Made by a program: the position numbers and the translations under genes. A stretch of DNA of 50,083 bases from Brevundimonas sp. UBA986 (GTDB lineage Bacteria; Pseudomonadota; Alphaproteobacteria; Caulobacterales; Caulobacteraceae), in assembly GCA_002292165.1 (NCBI GenBank), contig DBBK01000259.1, forward strand, positions 1 through 50,083. The letters run 5' to 3'. The notes under the pieces are model-generated. The model did no database searches, was not told the origin of the DNA, and saw only the letters and a list, made by a program, of their open reading frames with translations. Below, piece by piece: positions 36,662 through 45,923 of the stretch (position 1 is the first letter of the stretch; every line of letters begins with the position of its first letter).

Positions 36662-37774
36662 ATGAGCCAGCTGTTTTCGCCTCTCGCCGTCGGTCCCCTG
36701 ACGCTGAAGAACCGCATCGTCATCGCCCCGATGTGCCAGTATTCGGCCATCGACGGCGTGCCCCAGCCCTGGCATGCCCAGCACCTGGGCAAGCTGGCCC
36801 TGTCGGGCGCATCCCTGGTGATCGTCGAGGCGACGGGGATCGTGCCCGAGGCCCGCATCTCCTGGGCCGACACCGGCCTGTGGAACGACGAACAGGAGGC
36901 CGCCTTCGCGACCCTGATCCGGCAGATCCGCACCTATTCCGACACGCCCGTCGGCATCCAGCTGGCCCATGCGGGTCGCAAGGCCTCGACCAATCCGCCT
37001 TGGGTCGAGCGCGGCGGCCCGGCCGGCGCCGACAAGGCGTGGCAGACGGTCTCCGCCTCCGCCGAGCCTTTCCGCGACGACTGGCATACGCCCGAGGCCC
37101 TCGACGAGGCCGGGATGCAGCGCGTCGTCGACGGCTTCGTCCAGGCCGCCCAGCGGGCCCAGCGCGCCGGCTTCGACGTGGTCGAGCTGCATGCCGCCCA
37201 CGGCTATCTGCTGACCCAGTTCCTGTCGCCGTTGTCGAACCGCCGGACGGACGACTACGGCGGCTCGCTGGAGAACCGCATGCGCTTCCCGCTGCGGGTC
37301 GCGGCGGCCCTGCGCGACGCCTGGCCCCGGACACGAGCCCTGGGCGCCCGCCTGAACGGCTCGGACTGGACCGATGGCGGCATCACCCCGGACGAGGCGG
37401 TCGCCTTCAGCCGCGCCCTGCACGATCTGGGCTACGACTATCTGCACCTGACCAGTGGCGGCAATGTCGCGACGGCGAAGATCCCGGGCGACCAACCCGG
37501 CTATCAGTTGCCCTTCGCCGAAGCCGTGAAAGCGGCGCTTCCCGAGGCCAACGTCATCGCCGTGGGCATGATCTATGACGCCCATCAGGCCGAACAGATC
37601 GTCGCCTCGGGCCAGGCCGACGCCGTGGCCATCGCCCGCGCGGTGCTGGACGATCCCAACTGGCCGCACCACGCGGCGTCGGCCCTGGGTCAACCCGAGG
37701 GCCTGCCGGACCAGTATGCACGGGCGACCGACAGCACCTGGCCGGGCTACGGCCGGGTGCACGCCCCGGCTTAA
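36662..37774 (+). CDS. NADH:flavin oxidoreductase (old yellow enzyme, YqjM/NamA-like)
   Basis: NRIVIAPMCQYS, QLAHAGRK, ELHAAHGYL, NRRTDDYGGSLENRMR. Confidence 0.95.
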   Translation: MSQLFSPLAVGPLTLKNRIVIAPMCQYSAIDGVPQPWHAQHLGKLALSGASLVIVEATGIVPEARISWADTGLWNDEQEAAFATLIRQIRTYSDTPVGIQLAHAGRKASTNPPWVERGGPAGADKAWQTVSASAEPFRDDWHTPEALDEAGMQRVVDGFVQAAQRAQRAGFDVVELHAAHGYLLTQFLSPLSNRRTDDYGGSLENRMRFPLRVAAALRDAWPRTRALGARLNGSDWTDGGITPDEAVAFSRALHDLGYDYLHLTSGGNVATAKIPGDQPGYQLPFAEAVKAALPEANVIAVGMIYDAHQAEQIVASGQADAVAIARAVLDDPNWPHHAASALGQPEGLPDQYARATDSTWPGYGRVHAPA

Positions 37775-37777
37775 ATT

Positions 37778-38185
37778 TCAGGTCTGGGGCAGCTGGTAGG
37801 GGTTGTTGACCGAGACGCGCGCGCCGGGCTTCAGCCCCAACTCCTCGAACGACCATTTGATCTCCACTCCCTCGTCTTCGGGGGTGGCGCACAGATCCTC
37901 GGTGATACGGCGCAGGGTGATGACCGACTCGTCGCCGCGCGCCGCCACGAAGGGACGCAGGTCATCCTTCTTGGTGCAGCCGTTCGAGCTGACCCAGAAG
38001 ACGGCGGTGTTGTTGACCAGGGCCGCGGCGTGGATGGGCTCGAGCACGCCCGGCATGGGCTGCGAAACCCCGGCCTGTTGCTCCGGCCCGAGACCCAGCC
38101 GCGAGGTCACGGAGGCGCAGGCCGACAGGGCGGTCAGAGCGAGGCCGGAAACCCCACAAAGAATTAATGCGCGAACGGGCGCCAT
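37778..38185 (-). CDS. Hypothetical lipoprotein, paralog of 35976-36374
   Basis: Lipobox LSAC; SNGCT, LRR..ED.C, EGVE..W..EELGL.PG..VSV.NP. Confidence 0.8.
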   Translation of the reverse strand: MAPVRALILCGVSGLALTALSACASVTSRLGLGPEQQAGVSQPMPGVLEPIHAAALVNNTAVFWVSSNGCTKKDDLRPFVAARGDESVITLRRITEDLCATPEDEGVEIKWSFEELGLKPGARVSVNNPYQLPQT

Positions 38186-38264
38186 GCCCCTTACCCTCAA
38201 CAGCCAGAAGCCCATTATGCGCTTAATTCGCCCCTGAACGCACCCGAAAAGCGAGTTGCTCCCC

Positions 38265-39467
38265 ATGGCCTTGATGCCCACGCCCGTGACGTCTCTCGCC
38301 GCCCTCGCCGCCATGGCCCTGCTGACAGTCGCCGCGCCGGCCCTGGCTCAAACGGGGGCTGAAAGCCGCCCGATCCCCTCGCCCGCCGCTATCGACGCCG
38401 AAGTCACACGGTTGATGGGCGCGACCCATTCCGAGGGGCTGGCGCTGGCCGTCATCGATGACGGTCAGGTGACCCAGGTCAGGGCCTGGGGCGACCGCAA
38501 CGCCAAGGGCGATCCGCTCGAAACCGACACCGTCATGTACGGCGCCTCCCTGACCAAGGCCGTCTTCGCCTGGACGGTGATGCAGCTGGTCGACGAGGGG
38601 AAGATCGATCTCGACACCCCCATCGCGGCCTACCTGCCAAAACCCCTGCCGGAATACTGGAGCGAGGAGCTCTCCGACCGCTACGCCGACTATCGCGGCC
38701 TGGCTGACGACCCGCGCTGGCGGACCATCACCCCGCGCATCCTGCTGACCCATTCGGCGGGCTTTTCCAACTTCGGCTTTCTGGAGCCCGACGGGAAGCT
38801 GAAGATCCACTACGATCCGGGGACACGTTACGCCTACTCCGGCGACGGCCTGATCCTGCTGCAGTTCGTGCTGGAGCAGGGTCTGGGCATGGACATCGGC
38901 GCTGAGATGCAGCGCCGGGTCTTCGACCGCTTCGGCATGCCCATGACCGGGATGATGTGGCGGCCCGACTTCGCGACCAATCTGGCTGACGGCTGGACTG
39001 CGGACGGCTCGGTCGAGCCGCATGACGAACGCTCCAAACCCCGGGCCGCCGGATCGATGGACACGACCATCGCCGACCTGTCGAAGTTCGTCGCCGCCTA
39101 CGTCCGTCGCGACGGCCTGAGCCCCGCCTCGGCCGCCGAATTGGTCCGGCCGCAACTGCCGATCAAGACCGCGACTCAGTTCCCCAGCTTCCAGGACGAA
39201 CTGCCGGCGGCGGAGCAACACCCGGGCCTGTCCGCCGGTCTCGGCGTGGTGACCTTCACAGGCCCTCAGGGTCCGGGCTTCTTCAAGGGCGGCCACAATG
39301 ACTCGACCGGCAACAGCTGGGTCTGCGTCGAGGCCAGCCGCCGCTGCGTCCTGATCCTGTCCAACGACGTCCGGTCGGAGGCGGCCTTCCCGGCCTTGGT
39401 CCGCTTCATCCTCGGCGACACCGGCGTGCCCTATGCGTGGGAATACGGACCGCAGCCGGCGCTTTAG
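38265..39467 (+). CDS. Serine hydrolase, beta-lactamase (AmpC-like) family, secreted
   Basis: Signal peptide; SLTK (SxxK), LLTHSAG, YSG, KGGHN. Confidence 0.9.
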   Translation: MALMPTPVTSLAALAAMALLTVAAPALAQTGAESRPIPSPAAIDAEVTRLMGATHSEGLALAVIDDGQVTQVRAWGDRNAKGDPLETDTVMYGASLTKAVFAWTVMQLVDEGKIDLDTPIAAYLPKPLPEYWSEELSDRYADYRGLADDPRWRTITPRILLTHSAGFSNFGFLEPDGKLKIHYDPGTRYAYSGDGLILLQFVLEQGLGMDIGAEMQRRVFDRFGMPMTGMMWRPDFATNLADGWTADGSVEPHDERSKPRAAGSMDTTIADLSKFVAAYVRRDGLSPASAAELVRPQLPIKTATQFPSFQDELPAAEQHPGLSAGLGVVTFTGPQGPGFFKGGHNDSTGNSWVCVEASRRCVLILSNDVRSEAAFPALVRFILGDTGVPYAWEYGPQPAL

Positions 39468-39473
39468 GCGCGC

Positions 39474-39602
39474 CTATTTCAGGACGGCGGCGGTCACGCC
39501 CATCCAGATGAGAAGCGAGAACCCCGCCATCGCGGCATAGGCCGCCAGCGCCCTGCGGGTGCCGGGGTGTTTGTGGCGTGTCGGGGCGTCCCAATCGAAC
39601 AT
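39474..39602 (-). CDS. 42-aa single-TM micro-protein, not in the ORF track
   Basis: MFDWDAPTRHKHPGTRRALAAYAAMAGFSLLIWMGVTAAVLK; AGGAG RBS; fills the intergenic gap. Confidence 0.65.
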   Translation of the reverse strand: MFDWDAPTRHKHPGTRRALAAYAAMAGFSLLIWMGVTAAVLK

Positions 39603-39632
39603 CGGTCTCCTGCTGGAGAGAAATGCGCGAAC

Positions 39633-40196
39633 CTAGAGATCGATCCGGAACCGCAGGGCCTCGCCGCCGCCATAGGCCGGCAGTTTCTCGAACCGTTCGA
39701 CCAGCCGCCCGTCGTTGGCCTCGATCACATACCGCGAAGAGGCGTTGTCGGGCGTGGTGGTCAGTTCGACCCAGGGCATGCCGAGACGACGCGCTTCACC
39801 CAGCATCATGGACAGGGCGCGCGTCGCATGCCCCTGCCCGCGTTTCCACGGCACGACATTATAGCCGATGTGTCCCAGGCAGGAGGGTGGCAGCTCGGCC
39901 GTCCCCGCCTGCCAGCGGAAGCCGATCATGCCGCAGAAGGCGCCGTCCCACATCCAGCGGATCACGCCCGGCAGGCGCGGCACCGTGCTGCCGTCAGGCA
40001 GTTCGACGGGCGCGCCCCGCGCCTCCGGATCATCCAGCGAAGCGAGAAAGGCCGCCGGGTCGGTCCGGATCAGCGCCAGCTGCTGGTCCGCCGCCTCCCT
40101 ACCGCGCGTGCTGTCGGGCGACCAGCCGGTCTCCAGCGCCTGGACATAGCTGTCCAGATGCGCGGCCGCGGGCGTGACCAGAACCATATCGGGCAT
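39633..40196 (-). CDS. GNAT acetyltransferase
   Basis: GHIGYNVVPWKRGQGHAT, N.SS..VIEAN; GGAGG RBS. Confidence 0.9.
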   Translation of the reverse strand: MPDMVLVTPAAAHLDSYVQALETGWSPDSTRGREAADQQLALIRTDPAAFLASLDDPEARGAPVELPDGSTVPRLPGVIRWMWDGAFCGMIGFRWQAGTAELPPSCLGHIGYNVVPWKRGQGHATRALSMMLGEARRLGMPWVELTTTPDNASSRYVIEANDGRLVERFEKLPAYGGGEALRFRIDL

Positions 40197-40235
40197 CGTC
40201 TTTCCTCCGGCCTGCGGGCGACCGGCGGGCCAAAG

Positions 40236-40265
40236 AAAAAGGGCCCCGGATCGCTCCGGGGCCCT
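40236..40265 (-). terminator. rpsD terminator
   Basis: AAAAAGGGCCCCGGA-tcgc-TCCGGGGCCCT. Confidence 0.85.
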
Positions 40266-40287
40266 CTCCATTTCGAACGGATCGAAC

Positions 40288-40905
40288 TTAGGACGCGTAG
40301 TATTCGACGACCAGGTTCGGCTCCATCTTCACCGCGAACGGCACGTCGGCCAGTTCGGGTTGACGGACGAAGCGGACCGAGAAGCCACGGTCGCCCTGTT
40401 CGATGTAGTCAGGGATGTCGCGTTCCGACGACTGCTGGGCTTCAAGCACCAGAGCCATGTTGCGCGAGGCTTCCTTGACGGCGACGACGTCGTCCGGCTT
40501 CACGCGGTAGGAGGCGATGTTCACCTTCTTGCCGTTGACCGTGACGTGGCCGTGGTTGACGAACTGACGGGCGGCCCAGACGGTCGGGACGAACTTGGCG
40601 CGATAGACGATCGCGTCAAGACGGGCTTCCAGCAGACCGATCAGGTTTTCCGAGGTGTTGCCCTTGCGGCGAGCGGCCTCGTCATAGGTCTTGCGGAACT
40701 GCTTTTCGGTCAGGTTGCCGTAGTAGCCCTTGAGCTTCTGCTTGGCCTTCAGCTGCAGGCCGAAGTCGGAAACCTTGGACTTGCGGCGCTGGCCGTGCTG
40801 GCCGGGGCCGTAGGACCGCTTGTTGACCGGGCTCTTGGCGCGGCCCCACAGGTTTTCACCCATGGCGCGGTCGATCTTGTACTTGGCGCTGTGGCGCTTG
40901 GACAT
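40288..40905 (-). CDS. rpsD: 30S ribosomal protein S4
   Basis: [41 protein letters not shown]. Confidence 0.99.
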   Translation of the reverse strand: MSKRHSAKYKIDRAMGENLWGRAKSPVNKRSYGPGQHGQRRKSKVSDFGLQLKAKQKLKGYYGNLTEKQFRKTYDEAARRKGNTSENLIGLLEARLDAIVYRAKFVPTVWAARQFVNHGHVTVNGKKVNIASYRVKPDDVVAVKEASRNMALVLEAQQSSERDIPDYIEQGDRGFSVRFVRQPELADVPFAVKMEPNLVVEYYAS

Positions 40906-41031
40906 TCGTATCTCTTCAACTTGATGCGGCCCGGCCTCCCCGAAAGTGGGAAGACGATCTCAACGGCGGTCCACGCATCGTCCGTAGTGAATTCGCGCCT
41001 TCGACCATGGGCCGAATGCGGGAAAGGCGGG

Positions 41032-41060
41032 CTTATGACGGCCCGCCCCTCCTGAGTCAA
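41032..41060 (-). promoter_or_regulatory. Putative sigma70 promoter of rpsD
   Basis: Minus strand TTGACT-N17-CATAAG. Confidence 0.5.
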
Positions 41061-41106
41061 TGTCCGTATGGACTTTCGCGGCGCGACGGAGGTCGGGTCA
41101 CCGGTG

Positions 41107-43476
41107 TCAGGCGACCCGGCGATGCTCCTCGAAGTCGGCCTCGCTCGACAGGATGGCCTCGGGCGCCGCGACCTGTTCGGCCTCGGGCTTGGGGCGGCCC
41201 AGCAGATAGCCCTGGACCTCGTCACAGCCCTGTTCGCGCAGGAAGGTCAGTTGATCCATGGTCTCGACCCCTTCGGCCAGGACCGGGATCTCCAGGCTTT
41301 CGCCCAGGGCCAGGACGGCGCGGATGATGGCCTTGGACTGGGGGCTTTCGTCCAGCTCCAGCATGAACGAGCGATCCAGCTTGATCTTGTCGAACGGGAA
41401 GGCCCGCAGGGTCGACAGGGACGAATAGCCGGTGCCGAAGTCGTCCATGGCCACCGACACGCCCAGCAGCTTCAGCTGACGCAGGATGTGGGTGGTGCGG
41501 TCCAGATCGGTGATCATCGCCGTCTCGGTGATCTCCAGCTCCAGACGCGCGGGCTTCAGGCCCGTTTCGATCAGGATCTGGTGGACCAGACGCGGCAGGT
41601 CGACGTGGGCCAGCTGGATCGGCGACAGGTTGACGGCGATCTTGTGCGGCTCGGCCCAGCTCGCGGCTTCGCGGCAGGCCTCGCGCAGCACCCATTCGCC
41701 GATCGGCAGGATCAGGCCGGTCTCCTCGGCCAGGGGAATGAACCTGTCCGGCGGGATGAAGGAACCATCGTCCTGGCGCCAACGCAGCAGAACCTCATAG
41801 CCCGTGACCTTGCCGGTCTCGAGCGAACCCTGGACCTGGTAGTGGAGCTGGAACTGGTTCTGGTCCAGCGCCTCGCGCAGACCTTGCGTCAGGCGGCGGC
41901 GAGTGCGGACGGCCTCGTCCATCGCCTCTTCATAGAAGCAGATCGACCGGGTCAGCGAACCCTTGGCCCGGTACATGGCCAGGTCGGCGTCGTTGATCAG
42001 ACTGGAGGTCTCGGTCGCATCGTCGGGATACAGGGCGATGCCGATCGCGGCGCCGCAGCCGACCTCGGCGCGTTCGATCTCGGTCGGGACGATGATGGCC
42101 GCCCGGATGCGCTCGGCGGCGCGGAAGGCGCCGTCGCGGTCCACGCCCGGCACGATGACCACGAACTCGTCCCCGCCCTGGCGGGCGACGAACTCGCCCT
42201 CCTGAAGCGCGCCCCGCATCTGGTCCGCGACGTGGATCAGAAGCTGGTCGCCGGCGGCGTGGCCGTAGAGGTCGTTGACCTCCTTGAAGCGGTTCAGGTC
42301 GATCGCCAGCAGGGCCAGGCTTTCGCCGCCCTTCAGGGTTGCGACGCTGCGCTCCAGCCTCTCCAGGAAGGAGGTCCGGTTGGGCAGGCCGGTCAGGCTG
42401 TCGTTGCGGGCCAGATGGCTGATGCGGCGCTCCTGCGCCAGACGGGCGCGCAGGTCGCGCACGGCGAAGATGACGGCCTGGCCGCCGACCCCGGTCTCAT
42501 GACGGATGGCGACCTCGACCGGAACGGCGCCCTCGGCGAAGGAGGCCAGCTGGCACTGGATCAGGGCCCCTTCCGTCATGGCGTCCGCGCCCTCGATGAA
42601 GCGCTCGACCGGCTGGCCGATCAGGACATCAAGGTCGAAGCCGGAAAGGGTCAGGAAGGCGGAGTTGGCGGCGACCACCTGTCCGTCCCGGGCCACCAAC
42701 ATGCCGTCGACGGAGCCCTCCATCAGGTCATGCAGGCGCGAGCGCGACTGGGCGCTCATCTGGGCGTCGATCATATGGCTGGCGACGCTGATGCCCAGCA
42801 CCAGGAAGGCCACGCCGGCGACGCCCAGGGCCATGATCGCCGAGGCGTCGTCGGCGGTGGTGGCCATGTCGCGCGGGGCGAAGGGGATGATCTCCATCGC
42901 GCCCATGCCGGTGAAGTGCAGGGCGACGATGGCCAGGACCATGACGCCGGCGCCGATCAGATGGTTCTTGAGCGCGTCCTCGCGGGTCGCGAGATGGAAG
43001 CTGAGGGCGCCCAGACCCAGGGCCGCGATCAGGGAGGCGGCGACATAGGGGCCGGACCAGATGACGAAGGCGTCGACCGCGAAGGCCGACATGCCGGTGT
43101 AGTGCATGGTCGCGACGGCTCCGCCGAAGATGGCGCCGCCGACGGCCGGGGCCAGGCGGTGGTTCAGGGCGCCGACACCCATGGCCAGGCCGCAGCCGAT
43201 CACGGCCACCAGCAGGGAAACGCCGGTCAGAACCGGGGCGTAGGTCACCGCCACGCCCGGCTGATAGGCCAGCATGGCCACGAAGTGGGTGCACCAGATG
43301 GTCGCCCCGGCGGCCACCGCGCCGAGGAAAAGCCAGGCCGCCTTCTGGCCGTCCAGACGGCTGCGGATGCGGTTGAACAACCGGATGCTGGTCCAAGCGC
43401 CGACCACGCAGATCGCGGCCGCCAGAAGGACGAGCAGAAGGTTATGGTCTTGGACCAGACAGGTCAGAATGCGCAT
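41107..43476 (-). CDS. MHYT-PAS-GGDEF-EAL diguanylate cyclase/phosphodiesterase
   Basis: THF, MHYT and LHFT repeats in the TM region; PAS-like segment; intact GGDEF; EVL and DDFGTGYSS. Confidence 0.94.
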   Translation of the reverse strand: MRILTCLVQDHNLLLVLLAAAICVVGAWTSIRLFNRIRSRLDGQKAAWLFLGAVAAGATIWCTHFVAMLAYQPGVAVTYAPVLTGVSLLVAVIGCGLAMGVGALNHRLAPAVGGAIFGGAVATMHYTGMSAFAVDAFVIWSGPYVAASLIAALGLGALSFHLATREDALKNHLIGAGVMVLAIVALHFTGMGAMEIIPFAPRDMATTADDASAIMALGVAGVAFLVLGISVASHMIDAQMSAQSRSRLHDLMEGSVDGMLVARDGQVVAANSAFLTLSGFDLDVLIGQPVERFIEGADAMTEGALIQCQLASFAEGAVPVEVAIRHETGVGGQAVIFAVRDLRARLAQERRISHLARNDSLTGLPNRTSFLERLERSVATLKGGESLALLAIDLNRFKEVNDLYGHAAGDQLLIHVADQMRGALQEGEFVARQGGDEFVVIVPGVDRDGAFRAAERIRAAIIVPTEIERAEVGCGAAIGIALYPDDATETSSLINDADLAMYRAKGSLTRSICFYEEAMDEAVRTRRRLTQGLREALDQNQFQLHYQVQGSLETGKVTGYEVLLRWRQDDGSFIPPDRFIPLAEETGLILPIGEWVLREACREAASWAEPHKIAVNLSPIQLAHVDLPRLVHQILIETGLKPARLELEITETAMITDLDRTTHILRQLKLLGVSVAMDDFGTGYSSLSTLRAFPFDKIKLDRSFMLELDESPQSKAIIRAVLALGESLEIPVLAEGVETMDQLTFLREQGCDEVQGYLLGRPKPEAEQVAAPEAILSSEADFEEHRRVA

Positions 43477-43637
43477 CGACGGCCGGGGAGAGCTGCTTTT
43501 GGACAGCACACCCTAACCGCCGCTGGTTAATAATCCGCCCCCGTATGACCGTTACCGGACAACGGTATACTGGTGAATACTCAGTACGCAACCAAAGATT
43601 GTTTTACATTCTCGCCGTATGACTTTGGTCTCAGACC

Positions 43638-44564
43638 TCAGCTCTCCGGAACCCAGATATAGCCCTCGGCGGCCTTCTGAACCCGCCCGACGCCCGGGAA
43701 GGGGAAATGATGAAAGTAAACGCGCTCGCCCGAAGCGGCGAGGGCGGCGAGCTCCGCCTGCCGCTGCGCGGCGCCCGCGACCTTGTCGCCGTCATAGCCC
43801 ATGGCCCATTCCGGATGGGCCAGAGAGACGACGAAGTGGTGGGCCGTGTCACCGGCATAGAGCAGCTTCTGGCCGTCCGAGGCGATCTCGTACAGCGTAT
43901 GACCGGGCGTATGGCCCGCCAGGGCGATGGCGGTGATGCCGGGCGCGACGACGGCGCCGGGGGCGAAGGCCTGAACCTTCGGCGCGATGGCCTGGACCAG
44001 GACCGCCATGTCGGTATTGGCCTGCAGCGAAGCCCATTCCGCCTCCGACATGCGGATCGTGGCGTTCGGATAGGTCAGGGCGCCGTCGGCCGTCACCAGA
44101 CCGCCGACATGGTCGGGGTGGCCGTGGGAGATCAGCACGTCGGTGATCGTCGCCGGGTCGATACCCGCCTCGGCCAGGCTGGAGCCCAGCTTGCCGGCCT
44201 TGTCGCCAAAGGCGGCGCCCGCGCCGGCGTCGATCAGGACCGTGCGGTCGCCGTCCTTGACCAGCAGGGGATGGATGCTCAGCGCCAGACCATCCGTCGG
44301 CTGACCGGCGGCGGTCAGAACCGCGGCGACGGCTTCCGGCGTCTGGCCGACACCGAACACCGAGTTGTCGTTGGGCACGAGGTTGTCACCGTCCAGCAGG
44401 GCATAGGCCTGAAGCGATCCAACCTTGAACGGATGCACCGCGTCGGAAGCGACAACAGCCGCCGCCTCGGCCTTGGCCTCAGGCCGCTTCGCATTCTCGG
44501 CAGGGACGCAGGCCGCGGCGGCCAGCATCAGGGCGGCGACGGCGCCGGTTGTCAGCAGTTTCAT
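43638..44564 (-). CDS. MBL-fold metallo-hydrolase lipoprotein (MPH/OPHC2/lactonase-like)
   Basis: Lipobox-like AAAC; HGHPDH, GHTPGH, GD..H, HFPFPG. Confidence 0.9.
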   Translation of the reverse strand: MKLLTTGAVAALMLAAAACVPAENAKRPEAKAEAAAVVASDAVHPFKVGSLQAYALLDGDNLVPNDNSVFGVGQTPEAVAAVLTAAGQPTDGLALSIHPLLVKDGDRTVLIDAGAGAAFGDKAGKLGSSLAEAGIDPATITDVLISHGHPDHVGGLVTADGALTYPNATIRMSEAEWASLQANTDMAVLVQAIAPKVQAFAPGAVVAPGITAIALAGHTPGHTLYEIASDGQKLLYAGDTAHHFVVSLAHPEWAMGYDGDKVAGAAQRQAELAALAASGERVYFHHFPFPGVGRVQKAAEGYIWVPES

Positions 44565-44583
44565 CGAAGCATCCTCCAGTGAC

Positions 44584-44613
44584 AAAAACGCCCGCCGGAT
44601 CGACCGGCGGGCG
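44584..44613 (-). terminator. sod terminator
   Basis: AAAAACGCCCGCCGG-atcga-CCGGCGGGCG. Confidence 0.8.
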
Positions 44614-44634
44614 CTGTATTCAAACCCGTGGGTT

Positions 44635-45252
44635 TCAGCCCGCCTTGGCGGCGGCGAAACGTTCGTTGACCTTGTTCCAGTTCACGATCGGCCAGAAGGC
44701 GCCGAGGAAGGCCGGGCGCTTGTTCTGGTAGTCGAGATAGTACGCGTGTTCCCAGACATCGTTGACCAGCAGGGGCACGCCCTTGTCCGGATTGATGTCC
44801 ATCAGGGAGTTGTCCTGGTTCGGCGTGTTGATCACCTTCAGCTTGCCGTCGGCGAAGATCAGCCAGGCCCAGCCGGAGCCGAACTGGGTCACGCCGGCCT
44901 GTTCGAAGGCGGTCTTGAAGGCGTCCATGCCGCCCAGGTCGGCGTCGATGGCGGCGGCCAGCTCGGCCGAAGGGGCGCCGGCCTCATCGGCGGGGGCCAT
45001 GCTTTCCCAGTAGAAGATATGGTTCCAGTAGCCGCCGCCGTTGTTGCGGACGGCCTTGGGGTATTTCGACATCTCGGCGAAGATCTCTTCCAGCGACTTG
45101 CCCTCGGCCTCGGCCAGGCCGTCCAGCGCCTTGTTCAGGTTGTCCGTATAGGCCTGATGGTGCTTGTCGTGGTGGAACTCCAGCGTCTCCTTGCTGATCA
45201 CCGGCGACAGGCCGTCATAGGCGTAGGGCAGCGGGGGCAGGGTGAAGGCCAT
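44635..45252 (-). CDS. sodA: Fe/Mn superoxide dismutase with Mn-type signature
   Basis: HHDKHH, NNGGG..NH, FGSGWAWL, PNQD, DVWEHAYY. Confidence 0.92.
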   Translation of the reverse strand: MAFTLPPLPYAYDGLSPVISKETLEFHHDKHHQAYTDNLNKALDGLAEAEGKSLEEIFAEMSKYPKAVRNNGGGYWNHIFYWESMAPADEAGAPSAELAAAIDADLGGMDAFKTAFEQAGVTQFGSGWAWLIFADGKLKVINTPNQDNSLMDINPDKGVPLLVNDVWEHAYYLDYQNKRPAFLGAFWPIVNWNKVNERFAAAKAG

Positions 45253-45455
45253 GGGAGAGCTCCGTGCGGCGGGGTTGTGCGGTCAAGGTTGTGCAGGCAG
45301 CAGATAGTCCGCCCTTTCGCCGAACCCAAGCCGAAGGATGCGATTTCGTTCCTGTTGCGAGTCGTTAGCTATCTTGCTCGGGAACAGATCGCCGCACACA
45401 ACCATTGATGGCTTCGGTTGGGAGGGCTGCCGGGAGACGATAGAAGGACTGACGC

Positions 45456-45683
45456 GTGCAACACTCGCTGGACTATCACCCGCCACGCCTGAGCGAGACC
45501 CAGCTCAATCTGCTCTGCAAGCAGGTCTGCGACGCCGCGGAATATATGGCCGACGAACAGATCCTGTGCCTGGCGGATCATCTGCATGACGCCCTGCGCG
45601 CGCGGCGCCAGATGCGCGGCAAGGTCCACCACCGGCTTGAAGAACGCCTCTGCCACGACAGCGGCCAGCATTTCCCCTTCTAG
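45456..45683 (+). CDS. Small His/Cys-rich hypothetical protein
   Basis: AAGGA RBS, GTG start; fills the gap between sod and the convergent gene. Confidence 0.5.
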   Translation: MQHSLDYHPPRLSETQLNLLCKQVCDAAEYMADEQILCLADHLHDALRARRQMRGKVHHRLEERLCHDSGQHFPF

Positions 45684-45689
45684 CCTCTG

Positions 45690-45923
45690 TCAGCCGGCGG
45701 GCAGATTGGCCTTCAGACAGTCGCGGATCTGGCGCTTAAGGGAACCGGCCGTGTTGAGAACATCGGCGCCCTCAGCCTCCAGCACCGCCGTCACGGCCGC
45801 GTCCAGCCCTTGAGGCAGGGCCGCAATCACCCGCTTCTCCCCCTTGGCGTGCAGGCAGTAGCCCAGTTCACGGCACAAGGCCGCGAACATTTCGGCGTAG
45901 TCGGACTGGGCAGTGTCAGTCAT
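45690..45923 (-). CDS. Small hypothetical protein
   Basis: TGATG overlap with the fghA stop; LC.ELGYCL motif. Confidence 0.7.
   Translation of the reverse strand: MTDTAQSDYAEMFAALCRELGYCLHAKGEKRVIAALPQGLDAAVTAVLEAEGADVLNTAGSLKRQIRDCLKANLPAG

Noticed and set aside
41058-41075. CAATGTCCGTATGGACTT, resembling a collapsed copy of the 252-281 repeat
   Set aside because: Short, lacks the GGGT loop, overlaps the putative rpsD -35 box and has no foreign ORF next to it; probably chance. Similar CAATGTCCG strings inside proA and the EF-hand CDS are coding coincidences.
43512-43530. CTAACC-N6-GGTTAA upstream of the GGDEF/EAL gene as a CtrA box
   Set aside because: Spacing does not fit TTAA-N7-TTAA; at most a half-site.
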